From: a virus
DNA length: 64,000 bases
Virus record (IMG/VR): IMGVR_UViG_3300035698_018106
Location: 166,717-230,716 of that record
Reading direction: 5' to 3' (one strand)
Part shown: piece by piece, positions 10,780 through 20,106 of the stretch
How the letters are laid out: the number at the start of each line of letters is the position of its first letter
How positions within the stretch are numbered: the first letter of the stretch is position 1
Position numbers and translations under genes: made by a program
Notes under the pieces: generated by a model
The model's database searches: none
What the model saw: only the letters and a program-made list of their open reading frames with translations
What the model was told of the DNA's origin: nothing

Positions 10780-11382
10780 TTATAAATCATCAATAGTTAC
10801 ACTATTTTTTTTATTATATTCATAAAATCTAGATCTTACATATATTACTGGATTAATTGAATCCTGAAATTCAGAAGCTGCCCTGCGAATTTCACTAATT
10901 ACTTGATAAAAGAAGACTTTCTCACATTTTTTTATTATGTCATTTAATTTTGGTACTATTTCCATTAATATAGAGTCTTCATGATGATTTAATGTATTTA
11001 ATCCATAATGATCATCATAAAACTTTTCTTCTTTTATTGAATATTGAAAAGTGCCAACAATTGAATTTATTATAATTGGTTTTAGTAATATACCATGAAT
11101 ATCAATGCATTTATTATTAATTGATATAATATTATATGGTAATGATTGAAAGCTAATTTTATCTAAATTATCTAATTTAGATAAAATTTTAAGAGATATG
11201 TTTAAAGTACTAGGTTTTTGCATAGTGCTAAATAAATCTGTCGATTCAATTAAAGTATGCCATTCGCAATACTCTGCTAGTTTTTCTTTATGTTCTTCTT
11301 TAAAATTTAAAGATTCTAGAATAGGTCCCCATTTTATTTTCAGATTTTTTATATCTAGTTTTTGATGTTCCTGAAATATCAT
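10780..11382 (-). CDS. hypothetical protein
   Basis: ORF only. Confidence 0.35.
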   Translation of the reverse strand: MIFQEHQKLDIKNLKIKWGPILESLNFKEEHKEKLAEYCEWHTLIESTDLFSTMQKPSTLNISLKILSKLDNLDKISFQSLPYNIISINNKCIDIHGILLKPIIINSIVGTFQYSIKEEKFYDDHYGLNTLNHHEDSILMEIVPKLNDIIKKCEKVFFYQVISEIRRAASEFQDSINPVIYVRSRFYEYNKKNSVTIDDL

Positions 11383-11383
11383 A

Positions 11384-12280
11384 TTATTTTAATTTACTTA
11401 GACACCAATCAATTAATGGGTTTCCTGTTTCTTTTGAATAATCTGGATCTTGTCCATTTATAATTGGATTTAGGATTTTTTTATATTTTTCTAATATATT
11501 TCCATATTCATCAACTACTGGTTCAGATAATAAAGGGAGGGAATTTGATTTAAATTCTGATCTTTCACAAAAATTAGGTCCAACCATTTTATTAATTAAA
11601 TCATAATGTCTTTCATATACATGCATTGAATGACTTATATGAGTATAAGAACCCATTTTCAAATCTTTATAATATTCTTTTAAATGCAAAAATACATGAT
11701 AATGTAGAACGCTGAAAAAGGCCCAATCTGTCATAAAACCATATATCACATCATTACTTCTCATAGATAATGTCATATGTAATTTATTTTCTCTAATATG
11801 GAATAAAGATTGTAAAGTACATACTTGATCTTTATTTTCTAGAAACTGATGAGAAGGTTTATTATAATGCATGAATGCTTGTCTAGAATCTTTATCTTTT
11901 TTAAGAGATGCTATCACCCAGTTATACTGGGTGAATCCATGTTCATTCTTTTCACTGAATAATAGATTACCATAAGAACTATTTACTGTACCATCAGCGT
12001 TATGTAGTGACTTCCATAAACCTGCATATTTTTCAATATAAGTAGGGTTATTTGTTCCACTAAAATACCATAATAATTCTGCCGCTATATATTTTAATGG
12101 AGAACTTCTATATTTATTTTCATAAATATTTTCTAATGGATTTTCTATTTCCATAGCACAATCTCTTATTTCTTTAACTTCTTGTCCTCTTGGAGATATT
12201 ATGAAATCCGGATCAAGTAATATACTTTCTAAAACTAATTCAAATACCTTTGTTATGTTTTCTCCTGAATAATATCTCAT
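11384..12280 (-). CDS. deoxycytidylate 5-hydroxymethyltransferase (T4 gp42-like, thymidylate-synthase fold)
   Basis: HYNKPSHQFLENKDQVCTLQSLFHIRENKLHMTLSMRSNDVIYGFMTDWAFF aligns with T4 gp42 YTRPSMQFDYNKDGMSDFMCTNTVQYLIRDKKINAVVNMRSNDVVFGFRNDYAWQ. The catalytic Cys is present. Asp lies 31 residues after the Cys, matching the Asp179 specificity position of dCMP hydroxymethylase. Confidence 0.7.
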   Translation of the reverse strand: MRYYSGENITKVFELVLESILLDPDFIISPRGQEVKEIRDCAMEIENPLENIYENKYRSSPLKYIAAELLWYFSGTNNPTYIEKYAGLWKSLHNADGTVNSSYGNLLFSEKNEHGFTQYNWVIASLKKDKDSRQAFMHYNKPSHQFLENKDQVCTLQSLFHIRENKLHMTLSMRSNDVIYGFMTDWAFFSVLHYHVFLHLKEYYKDLKMGSYTHISHSMHVYERHYDLINKMVGPNFCERSEFKSNSLPLLSEPVVDEYGNILEKYKKILNPIINGQDPDYSKETGNPLIDWCLSKLK

Positions 12281-12804
12281 TTATATAAATTTTTGTGAAT
12301 TTTTGAACAATATTTAATTTGTAATTTACAATCATCAATTGCATTATGAGCCACACCTTTGTTCTCTTTAACTATATCTTTTTTAATTATAGGATTCAAA
12401 TATACTAAAGTTCTCACATCTAATTCGTTTCTAAAATCCCATGGAATGTTAACATTTATTTTATTATAAGCATCTGATAATAATCCAAGATCAAACCTAG
12501 CACTATTACCCCAAACATAATCTTTTTCATTAATAAATTCACTTAAATGAAACAAAACCGAATGTAAACCACCTTGATCTTTTTTAAGTGCATCTCTCGC
12601 TGACCCACTTTGTGATAACCACCATTGAATAGTTTTTCCAGAGACTTTTAATCCCATATCTAAACATGTATCTATATCTATGTTTTTGTAAAATTCTTCA
12701 CCTGTTTCGCCTGTTTCTAAATTAAAACGTACTGCACCTATCGATATAATTACTGAATTACTCTGAGTGCCCAAAGTTTCAATATCTAACATTATGTGAT
12801 TCAT
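12277..12804 (-). CDS. DnaQ-like (DEDDh) 3'-5' exonuclease, T4 dexA-like
   Basis: LDIETLG N-terminal motif and C-terminal VAHNAIDDC; KVSGKTIQWWLSQSGSARDAL resembles T4 dexA HRLFTKSTIEWWKNQSPEARKNI. Confidence 0.65.
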   Translation of the reverse strand: MNHIMLDIETLGTQSNSVIISIGAVRFNLETGETGEEFYKNIDIDTCLDMGLKVSGKTIQWWLSQSGSARDALKKDQGGLHSVLFHLSEFINEKDYVWGNSARFDLGLLSDAYNKINVNIPWDFRNELDVRTLVYLNPIIKKDIVKENKGVAHNAIDDCKLQIKYCSKIHKNLYK

Positions 12805-12816
12805 TATTATTTGTTT

Positions 12817-13560
12817 TTATATGTCTATTATATTTCCTAAATTACCTTTTATTTTACTTTCTTCGAAACCCCCTATCATCTCTGGTTTATTTATTATATC
12901 TATTCTTGAATCATCATTATAATACATATATGTATTTCCTTTAATAGAAAAAACTATATTATCAAAATTCTTAGATTTAAATATATAATTACCACTTATT
13001 CTAGAAGTTCCTATACATATTGCATCTACTTGATTCAAACAATTTGTATTTTTGAAGCAAACTTTATTATTTTTTAATATAGAATCAATCAATAAGAATT
13101 TATTACAGTATAAAGAGAATATTACTGCATCTTTATCTTTATTATCTTCTTCTTTTATTAATAAAATTTCTAATTTCTTATTTTTCCTTCTATATACAGT
13201 ATATGTATCATTTGTTTGTTTATCATGCAACACCTGTCCGGGGTAAATCTCAGATTGATCTAGATCACTTGCATTAGTTGATGAACATTTATCTTCATGT
13301 GGCAATATATGATCTTTAATACGAGACAAACTTCTACTAGGATTCTCTTTTTCCATAGCTAATCTCCTTAAATAACGTGTTTTTAAGCTTTGCGAAGAAA
13401 TTGGATTTCTTCGATCATCTAACATCTCTTCTCTTCGCAATTCAGCTCCGGAATGGATATCAAGTTTATTTGCTTTATCTACTAAAATATCCATATAGCT
13501 ATTATGTTTTTTTACTTTATCTCCTAAATAAGAGCTAAATTTATCATATTGATCACCCAT
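12817..13560 (-). CDS. hypothetical protein
   Basis: ORF only. Confidence 0.35.
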   Translation of the reverse strand: MGDQYDKFSSYLGDKVKKHNSYMDILVDKANKLDIHSGAELRREEMLDDRRNPISSQSLKTRYLRRLAMEKENPSRSLSRIKDHILPHEDKCSSTNASDLDQSEIYPGQVLHDKQTNDTYTVYRRKNKKLEILLIKEEDNKDKDAVIFSLYCNKFLLIDSILKNNKVCFKNTNCLNQVDAICIGTSRISGNYIFKSKNFDNIVFSIKGNTYMYYNDDSRIDIINKPEMIGGFEESKIKGNLGNIIDI

Positions 13561-13561
13561 T

Positions 13562-14611
13562 TTATTTTAAATCATTTATCATCATTTTACTTACCAACTC
13601 TTTAAATGAAGTTAATGGAGACCATCCTAATTCATCTTTGGCTTTTAAATTTTGTCCTATTAATAATTCAACTTCTGCAGGTCTATAGAATTCAGGATTA
13701 ATATTTATTAAAACTATATTATTATACATTAATTTTTCTGATAATCGTGATCCTGTCCATTTGACTTTTCCATTAAATGGGGTGTGTTTAATAGCTTCAT
13801 CAATAAATTCTTTAATTGTATGAGTTTCATTTGTAGATAATACAAAATCATCAGCTTTATCATGTTGTAACATCCTCCACATTCCTTCTACATAATCAGG
13901 AGCATATCCCCAATCTCTTTTAGCATATATATTTCCTAATGATATTGGATCTATAACTTGTTTTTGTTCGGATACTAATTGATAGCTTTTAGATAATTTA
14001 GATAATCCTAGTGTTATTTTTCTAGTTACAAAATTACTACCTCTTCTTTCACTTTCATGATTAAATAATATTCCATTAGAAATAAACATACCATAAGATT
14101 CTCTATAATTTTTTGCAATCCAATAAGAGTATAATTTTGCAATCCCATAAGGAGATCTTGGATAAAAAGGTGTGGTTTCACTTTGAGGAGTTTCTCTTAC
14201 TTTACCGAATAATTCTGAAGTACATGCATTATATAATTTTGCTTTAGGAGCAAATTTACGAATAGATTCTAATAAACTTAAAGTTCCTACTGCATCAACA
14301 TCTGCTGTATATTTTGGAATTTGAAATGATATATGGACATGTGATTGTGCTGCTAAATGATATATCTCATCCGGAATAACTTTTTGCATAACATTATCTA
14401 ATCCAATTGGATCTGTCATATCTCCAAAATGCAAATTAAAATTTTCATTCTCAAAGATATGATTTAATCTTTGAGTATTAAAAGAAGAAGATCTTCTTAC
14501 TATTCCATGTACTTCATAACCTTTATTTAATAAAAGTTCTGCAAGATACGATCCATCTTGTCCAGATACACCTGTGATCAGTGCTTTTTTCTTGTATTTT
14601 TCTAATTTCAT
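13562..14611 (-). CDS. gmd: GDP-mannose 4,6-dehydratase
   Basis: ALITGVSGQDGSYLAELLLNKGYEVHGIVRRSSSFNTQRLNHI, ...TTPFYPRSPYGIAKLY...FNHES..RG..FVTRKIT, and ...FYRPAEVELLIG match the GMD family (E. coli Gmd) along the whole length. Confidence 0.85.
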   Translation of the reverse strand: MKLEKYKKKALITGVSGQDGSYLAELLLNKGYEVHGIVRRSSSFNTQRLNHIFENENFNLHFGDMTDPIGLDNVMQKVIPDEIYHLAAQSHVHISFQIPKYTADVDAVGTLSLLESIRKFAPKAKLYNACTSELFGKVRETPQSETTPFYPRSPYGIAKLYSYWIAKNYRESYGMFISNGILFNHESERRGSNFVTRKITLGLSKLSKSYQLVSEQKQVIDPISLGNIYAKRDWGYAPDYVEGMWRMLQHDKADDFVLSTNETHTIKEFIDEAIKHTPFNGKVKWTGSRLSEKLMYNNIVLININPEFYRPAEVELLIGQNLKAKDELGWSPLTSFKELVSKMMINDLK

Positions 14612-14620
14612 TATATTAGT

Positions 14621-15214
14621 TTAATTTTTTTTATTTATAAATTCTAAAACCTCATTAAAAATAATATCTTTATCTCTATATGAATCTCCTTCATTAACTG
14701 TTATTAATTTCTTATTTGGTATTAAGCTTATTGAATGTGCTTCTTTAAATAATCTAAGTTCTTTTGATTTATCTTCTATATTTTGTGAAAAAGATTCACC
14801 ATCTTCTTGTGCTAAGAAAAATCTAGGAGATGCAGTAAGAGTAATTAAATATTGATCTGTTTCTCTATTTCTAGATTCAAACGTTTTTATCATTTCAATA
14901 ACATCTGATTTCTTTATACCTCTAAATAATTGAGAATATACATATTCACCTAAATGACTTCTATTCCAAATTAATATATTATCATGATACCCCCATTTAT
15001 CTCCATCTATACTTTCAGAAATGTGATTAGCAAATAACATTTCTTTATAAAAAACTTCAAATTGAAATTCTAATGTTTCTTTTATAGTTAGATTAGTTGG
15101 AGGTTTATCAAAATGTCTTATTGTAATATTATTATACTTATAATGTGCACAAAGACTTTCTAATATAGTATTTTTACCTAATCTATCTCCACCTTCAATA
15201 ATTATATGCTTCAT
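14621..15214 (-). CDS. P-loop nucleotide kinase-like protein (possible dNMP kinase)
   Basis: N-terminal IIIEGGDRLGKNT Walker-A-like motif; located between the hydroxymethylase and gmd genes. Confidence 0.35.
   Translation of the reverse strand: MKHIIIEGGDRLGKNTILESLCAHYKYNNITIRHFDKPPTNLTIKETLEFQFEVFYKEMLFANHISESIDGDKWGYHDNILIWNRSHLGEYVYSQLFRGIKKSDVIEMIKTFESRNRETDQYLITLTASPRFFLAQEDGESFSQNIEDKSKELRLFKEAHSISLIPNKKLITVNEGDSYRDKDIIFNEVLEFINKKN
14632..14639 (-). promoter_or_regulatory. T4-type late promoter box TATAAATA (minus strand), ~20 nt upstream of the gmd ATG
   Basis: Exact octamer (tatttata on the plus strand). Confidence 0.35.
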
Positions 15215-15241
15215 AATTCTATTTTATTTATTATATGGAAA

Positions 15242-15670
15242 TTATAATACATGGTTTTGCCAATGTCCGGTTGGATACGAATAATTTATATAAAATTTTA
15301 ATGTAGATTCATTTCCATTAATATTTCTATTAAAACATCCATAATAAGCATCTTCATCTCTAAATTGTTTAATATGCATATCATTCAATTCTTTCTTTAT
15401 AAACTCAGCTGCTTGTTTTTGATCTTCTGTTCCAATTACAGAGCTACCAACGATCCAAGGACAAATAGTATTTAAATAATTATTAGAATATTCTTTATCA
15501 GAATATTCTAATAATTCTGAATAGAACACAATTCCAATTGGTTGTGTTCTAAAATCTACATTCTTAACTATATAATGACTATCTTCTTGATTCCACCCAT
15601 AATCAATAAATTTACTAATAAAAATATTTAGTTGTTCATCTATATGTTCAGCAATATTTACTTTTTTCAT
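15242..15670 (-). CDS. hypothetical protein
   Basis: ORF only. Confidence 0.35.
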   Translation of the reverse strand: MKKVNIAEHIDEQLNIFISKFIDYGWNQEDSHYIVKNVDFRTQPIGIVFYSELLEYSDKEYSNNYLNTICPWIVGSSVIGTEDQKQAAEFIKKELNDMHIKQFRDEDAYYGCFNRNINGNESTLKFYINYSYPTGHWQNHVL

Positions 15671-15891
15671 AATTGTATTGTATCTAATCCTTCATTATTA
15701 AATGGTACAAAAACTGTATATTGACCATATATCCAACCACCTGGGACTCTTGTTATTCTGTAACCATTTATATCTAAACACATATCATTTAATTTTAATT
15801 TATACATTTCTTTAGTAACACTAGATGGTGTTAGATTATTAGATCTTGCTGACTCTGGTTTTGGTGGTGGAATATCTGGTAGATGTCTCAT
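15667..15891 (-). CDS. hypothetical small protein
   Basis: ORF only. Confidence 0.3.
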   Translation of the reverse strand: MRHLPDIPPPKPESARSNNLTPSSVTKEMYKLKLNDMCLDINGYRITRVPGGWIYGQYTVFVPFNNEGLDTIQL

Positions 15892-15899
15892 GTTTTAAA

Positions 15900-16454
15900 T
15901 TATTTCGTTAATATACTTAAAAAATTCTTTGCAGCTTGATTAGCTATTTTATGTATATCTTCTCTATTTTTATATGATTTTTCATTTCTATCATATTCAT
16001 CTTTAAATGCCATTGCTATATTAGCTTGCCATCCCATATAATAGTCTGTATCATTTTTCATTTCTGTAGTAATTATACCTATTGCTTCTTTTATATCAGG
16101 TTTAATTTCTATAAAAGTTTCCAATTTATTACAAATTGAATCTTTAAAATGATCTACATCATCTAATGTTTTTATTGTAATATTATCTTTCTTAGAAAAC
16201 AAATCATTTAAAACAGTAAAATCTAGAACACGATTAATATGTCCAAAGAATATTTGTCGCTGTGAAACATTTGACCATTCATTTGCACTACTATATCCTT
16301 CATATTTTGCAACTCTAAGAATTAAATATGATAGATCTTCATTTTCTTTATAATAATAATTATTTGGCATTGACCAATTAAAAAATAAGTTATCTTCTTT
16401 AAAGATTTTATTTAAATCATTACATAGTTTTGTTATTGATATTACATTTTTCAT
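15900..16454 (-). CDS. hypothetical protein
   Basis: ORF only. Confidence 0.35.
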   Translation of the reverse strand: MKNVISITKLCNDLNKIFKEDNLFFNWSMPNNYYYKENEDLSYLILRVAKYEGYSSANEWSNVSQRQIFFGHINRVLDFTVLNDLFSKKDNITIKTLDDVDHFKDSICNKLETFIEIKPDIKEAIGIITTEMKNDTDYYMGWQANIAMAFKDEYDRNEKSYKNREDIHKIANQAAKNFLSILTK

Positions 16455-17680
16455 TAAAATAATTGTTTAGATTTAATTCCTATATATTTTATATTATCTT
16501 GCATCATGAATTCATGGTTTGAAAATTGTCTTTCTCCTTTGATAATAGCAACTGCCTCTGAAATAATATCTTTACTTGTAGTTACCGGACAATTTTGCGG
16601 AATTTTACTATAATCTTTAGGGCCAGTTATTTCGAAATCATGTGGCATGCCCATCATGTGCATATATTCTCTGATGTTTATTCGTCTATCTTCTGTAGGA
16701 TGAACATTTCTTTCCATCATTTCTCCTACCACTGCATATATATGATTTTTATCTATGCATAAAACTCTATGAGATAATCTAAAGTTTTTACCCATCCCTA
16801 ATTTTTTTATCACATGATCAATATCTTTCTTAGATGCTGGATGAGCATCAGGTAAACTATATACATACTCTCTATATTGTTCAATTAAACCATTGCGATT
16901 TAAAAAATCATATGATGTTAAATGTTCTTTAGTTTTTATAAATTCTTCTCTCCATTTATCTCCATATATTTTTTCACAAAATTTCACAATTTCAAAATCT
17001 TTGATAAATGGTTCTTTTGTTGAATACTCGTTTTGCATTGATGCACACTCTGGGATCATCTTGAGGTATTCTGATACACTTAAATGTTCTTTATTATAGT
17101 AATCTAATATAGGAGCTTTATTTCCTTTAACGAACACTATATAAGTTCTAGGACGTCTTTGAGGAATGCCATGTAATAAAGTATCTGTTTTATAAAAAGT
17201 ACAAGCATAACCATTAGATTTAGCCTTTTCCATTAATTGGCTTCTTACATATTCTCCAACACCAGTAAATAAAGTCGGTGCATTTTCATATACATATATT
17301 TTAGGTTGTATGACACCTAAAATGAAATCTGCTGCTTTGTACATCCAATCATTAACTGGAGATTTTGATCTGGCACCTTTAGCTAGATTTCCAGACATTG
17401 AAAGGCCAGCACATGGAGGAACCCCATGTACAATATCTAATTCTCCAACAATATTTTTAATATCGGAATATTTACTTTCATCAATTTTGTCTAATTGGTA
17501 ATAAGTTGGATATATGTCATGTTGAGCAAGATAATTTAGATATAATTTATCGTTCTCAAAAAAAGGGGAGTATGAAAAAATGGCTTTTGGAGGGTTTTGA
17601 AGTATTTCAGTTGCTGCAATAGAAAAGCCTCCTATTAATGGTATTATTGCAGCATGATTTAATTTTTTTGATTTTAACAT
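16454..17680 (-). CDS. DNA (cytosine-5)-methyltransferase-like protein
   Basis: Motifs appear in canonical order. Motif I-like is PLIGGFS; motif IV (PC) is GVPPCAGLS; motif VI (ENV) is YENAP; motif VIII (QxRxR) is QRRPRTY; the C-terminal motif-X-like sequence is QNCPV. Confidence 0.6.
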   Translation of the reverse strand: MLKSKKLNHAAIIPLIGGFSIAATEILQNPPKAIFSYSPFFENDKLYLNYLAQHDIYPTYYQLDKIDESKYSDIKNIVGELDIVHGVPPCAGLSMSGNLAKGARSKSPVNDWMYKAADFILGVIQPKIYVYENAPTLFTGVGEYVRSQLMEKAKSNGYACTFYKTDTLLHGIPQRRPRTYIVFVKGNKAPILDYYNKEHLSVSEYLKMIPECASMQNEYSTKEPFIKDFEIVKFCEKIYGDKWREEFIKTKEHLTSYDFLNRNGLIEQYREYVYSLPDAHPASKKDIDHVIKKLGMGKNFRLSHRVLCIDKNHIYAVVGEMMERNVHPTEDRRINIREYMHMMGMPHDFEITGPKDYSKIPQNCPVTTSKDIISEAVAIIKGERQFSNHEFMMQDNIKYIGIKSKQLF

Positions 17681-17721
17681 GGACTTAATTATATTCTTTA
17701 TACTTTATATGGTAAAATTTC

Positions 17722-17772
17722 ATATTAGTTTTAAAAAATAATAAAAATTAACTAGGACGTGTTGTCCTAGTT
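17722..17772 (-). terminator. hairpin (aactaggac gtgtt gtcctagtt) followed by a T-rich tract on the minus strand; a second gtcctagg copy lies downstream
   Basis: 9-bp perfect stem seen in sequence; a T-run follows on the minus strand. Confidence 0.4.
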
Positions 17773-17941
17773 AATGTCCTAGGTCTTAATCGGTTTTGTT
17801 TTGTAATTTCTTTATTTCTATCATTATTTCTTCCATTCTTAGAAGATCTGGATCATCTTGGTTTATTATCTCAGAATTATCAAAATTATTAAGAATCTCA
17901 GTATGCTCTTTAATTAAATCAGAAATTAAATCCATATATAA

Positions 17942-18397
17942 TTATTTATTTTTTATTCCAAGTAAAGAATCTAATACAGCATTTTGTGATTTTAAATCAT
18001 TTCCAATTATTTTTAACCGTTTTTGTTTTTTGATGTGATTTAATTCTTTAACTGTTTTTAACGTTTGCATTCTTATAATAGTGTCAACTTCTATAGAATC
18101 TAATTTAATTGTATCATAAATAAGTGAATCATTAATTATAAGTGAATCATTAATTGAAATTGTATCTATTGTAATACTATCTAATTTATTAAACTTGTTT
18201 ATTTCAATATTTAATGTTGAAGCTTTATGGTATGTATATTCAACAACTATACCATCTTGAGATATTTTATCTAATTCTATAATTTCAGTATATAAAGAAT
18301 CTGATTCATAATAAGATTCGTTATAATTTGATCCTGATGAACAGGATACTATTACTAATAATAACACTAGTAATATAAAATTTAATACTTTTTTCAT
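17942..18397 (-). CDS. putative lipoprotein with internal NDSLI repeats
   Basis: N-terminus MKKVLNFILLVLLLVIVSCSS (signal peptide plus a lipobox-like IVSC); 17-bp x2 tandem repeat at 18121..18155. Confidence 0.45.
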   Translation of the reverse strand: MKKVLNFILLVLLLVIVSCSSGSNYNESYYESDSLYTEIIELDKISQDGIVVEYTYHKASTLNIEINKFNKLDSITIDTISINDSLIINDSLIYDTIKLDSIEVDTIIRMQTLKTVKELNHIKKQKRLKIIGNDLKSQNAVLDSLLGIKNK

Positions 18398-18398
18398 T

Positions 18399-18653
18399 TT
18401 AATTATCGTGATTATTGTGATTATCTGAATTCATATATTGGATGATTTTTCCATTTAATTCAGTTTGATTCATCATAAAACTTTCTACTTTCTCTAATGT
18501 TTCGGTATTGTTTAAAACTGTTGTTTCTAAAATAGCTTCATTCTTTGATTTTGTGGTATACCATCCCCCTAATGCTATTACTAATCCTACTACATATACA
18601 ACATCTTTAAAATATGCCATATATTTTTTAATTCCGTCTTGGTTTTCTGCCAT
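18399..18653 (-). CDS. small membrane protein
   Basis: TM segment VVYVVGLVIALGGWY. Confidence 0.35.
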   Translation of the reverse strand: MAENQDGIKKYMAYFKDVVYVVGLVIALGGWYTTKSKNEAILETTVLNNTETLEKVESFMMNQTELNGKIIQYMNSDNHNNHDN

Positions 18654-18667
18654 GGCCGATTATTTTA

Positions 18668-18946
18668 TTATTTTATTTTTCCGAATAACTTATCATATTT
18701 ATCCAGTGCAGGTTCTTCATCAACTAAACCAGCTTTCACTAGTTTAGAATAATAATCTGGCACTTCTTCTAAATGATCTAATGAAATTTCTGCAGATATT
18801 TCTTTATCATTAGTATGCTCCATTTCAACTTCCTTTCCTACAGCAAGTTGTTTTTGATCGACATCATCAGGATTTGTATCTTCTCCTTTTCCACCTTTCA
18901 TTTCAGATACTAAATAATGATTAATGTTTTCTTCTACAAATTTCAT
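18668..18946 (-). CDS. hypothetical acidic protein
   Basis: ORF only. Confidence 0.35.
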   Translation of the reverse strand: MKFVEENINHYLVSEMKGGKGEDTNPDDVDQKQLAVGKEVEMEHTNDKEISAEISLDHLEEVPDYYSKLVKAGLVDEEPALDKYDKLFGKIK

Positions 18947-18952
18947 TGATTT

Positions 18953-19198
18953 TTATTTAAGATTTTTAAGTTTTTCTTTCCATTTTGCTATTTTAGCTCG
19001 GATTTCTTCTACTTTTTTATCTTGTTGAACTTTAGTTCCATTAACTCTACCTGGTTTTTCAGCATCCTTTAATTGAACTTGAAGACCTTTAATAGCTTCC
19101 TTAGCTTTTTCAGCTGGTGTTTGTTTTGGTGTTGCCGCTTTTTCCTTTTCGTTTAACGCCATGAATTCTTTTAAACTTTCTGTTACAAATTTTTTCAT
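18953..19198 (-). CDS. hypothetical Lys-rich protein (MKKFVTESLKEF N-terminus family)
   Basis: ORF; shares an N-terminal motif with 19735..20106 and 23832..24623. Confidence 0.35.
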   Translation of the reverse strand: MKKFVTESLKEFMALNEKEKAATPKQTPAEKAKEAIKGLQVQLKDAEKPGRVNGTKVQQDKKVEEIRAKIAKWKEKLKNLK

Positions 19199-19215
19199 AT
19201 CTTTTTATTTTTAAT

Positions 19216-19590
19216 TTATATATCCTTTTTATTAAGTGTCATAGTTAATTTAAAAAATTCATGAATTGGCGTAATTGATTCTATACTGAAATTCTTCATG
19301 TCATCTAATGTTTGTATTTTTATTGCATTATCTATTGTCTCACCATCATACTCTATCCATATACCTACCGAATCTATATCACTAGTTTTTTCTATTAATT
19401 CCTCGTATATAGCAGCATTTAATCTTTCAATTAAATCTTCTTCTATTATAGCCTTTTCATATATCTCATTAGATATATTGATTTTTGCAGTTGCTTTTAC
19501 AATATAATCAGATTTACCTGTTTCTTCATTAACTTCATTTTCTGTTTGCATTAACGATATTTTAATGCTTTCTAATTTTTCTAATATCAT
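19216..19590 (-). CDS. hypothetical acidic protein
   Basis: ORF only. Confidence 0.35.
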   Translation of the reverse strand: MILEKLESIKISLMQTENEVNEETGKSDYIVKATAKINISNEIYEKAIIEEDLIERLNAAIYEELIEKTSDIDSVGIWIEYDGETIDNAIKIQTLDDMKNFSIESITPIHEFFKLTMTLNKKDI

Positions 19591-19734
19591 CCTGTACTTT
19601 CTATAAATTTAATATCTTTAATTGGAATATCTTTAATTTCTGGTTTTGATTTTGAACGAGCTCTATGAGTCGTAACAAAAAAACCATCTTTATCTGCTCC
19701 TATATCTACACCTTTAAATGATTTACCTTCTACT

Positions 19735-20106
19735 TTAGGTTTTTTTGAGTCTAATTACTCTACCATTATTATATGATGTACCATGAATTCCATTTTTAAT
19801 AATCAAAGGAATAATTTTTTCTTTTAATTCTTTTGGTATCTTTTTGCTTCTTTTTATTTGTCCTTCAATATCATCTGTCATTTCTTGATTAGACTTTCTT
19901 TCATTCATAGAAACTAAATCCACCTCCCATCTTCCTCGAGGTTCTTTGAGGTTTTGCTTTTTTACATATTGATCAACTAATTCTGCTACTTTGGCAGCAT
20001 CGTGCCTTGCACTTATAACAACTTTCTCATCTCTCACAGTTAACCATGATGCAAAACCATAAATGGCTTCGCTGGGTGATAAAGATTCTTTTACTAATTT
20101 CATCAT
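19735..20106 (-). CDS. hypothetical protein (MMKLVKESL N-terminus family)
   Basis: ORF only. Confidence 0.35.
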   Translation of the reverse strand: MMKLVKESLSPSEAIYGFASWLTVRDEKVVISARHDAAKVAELVDQYVKKQNLKEPRGRWEVDLVSMNERKSNQEMTDDIEGQIKRSKKIPKELKEKIIPLIIKNGIHGTSYNNGRVIRLKKT

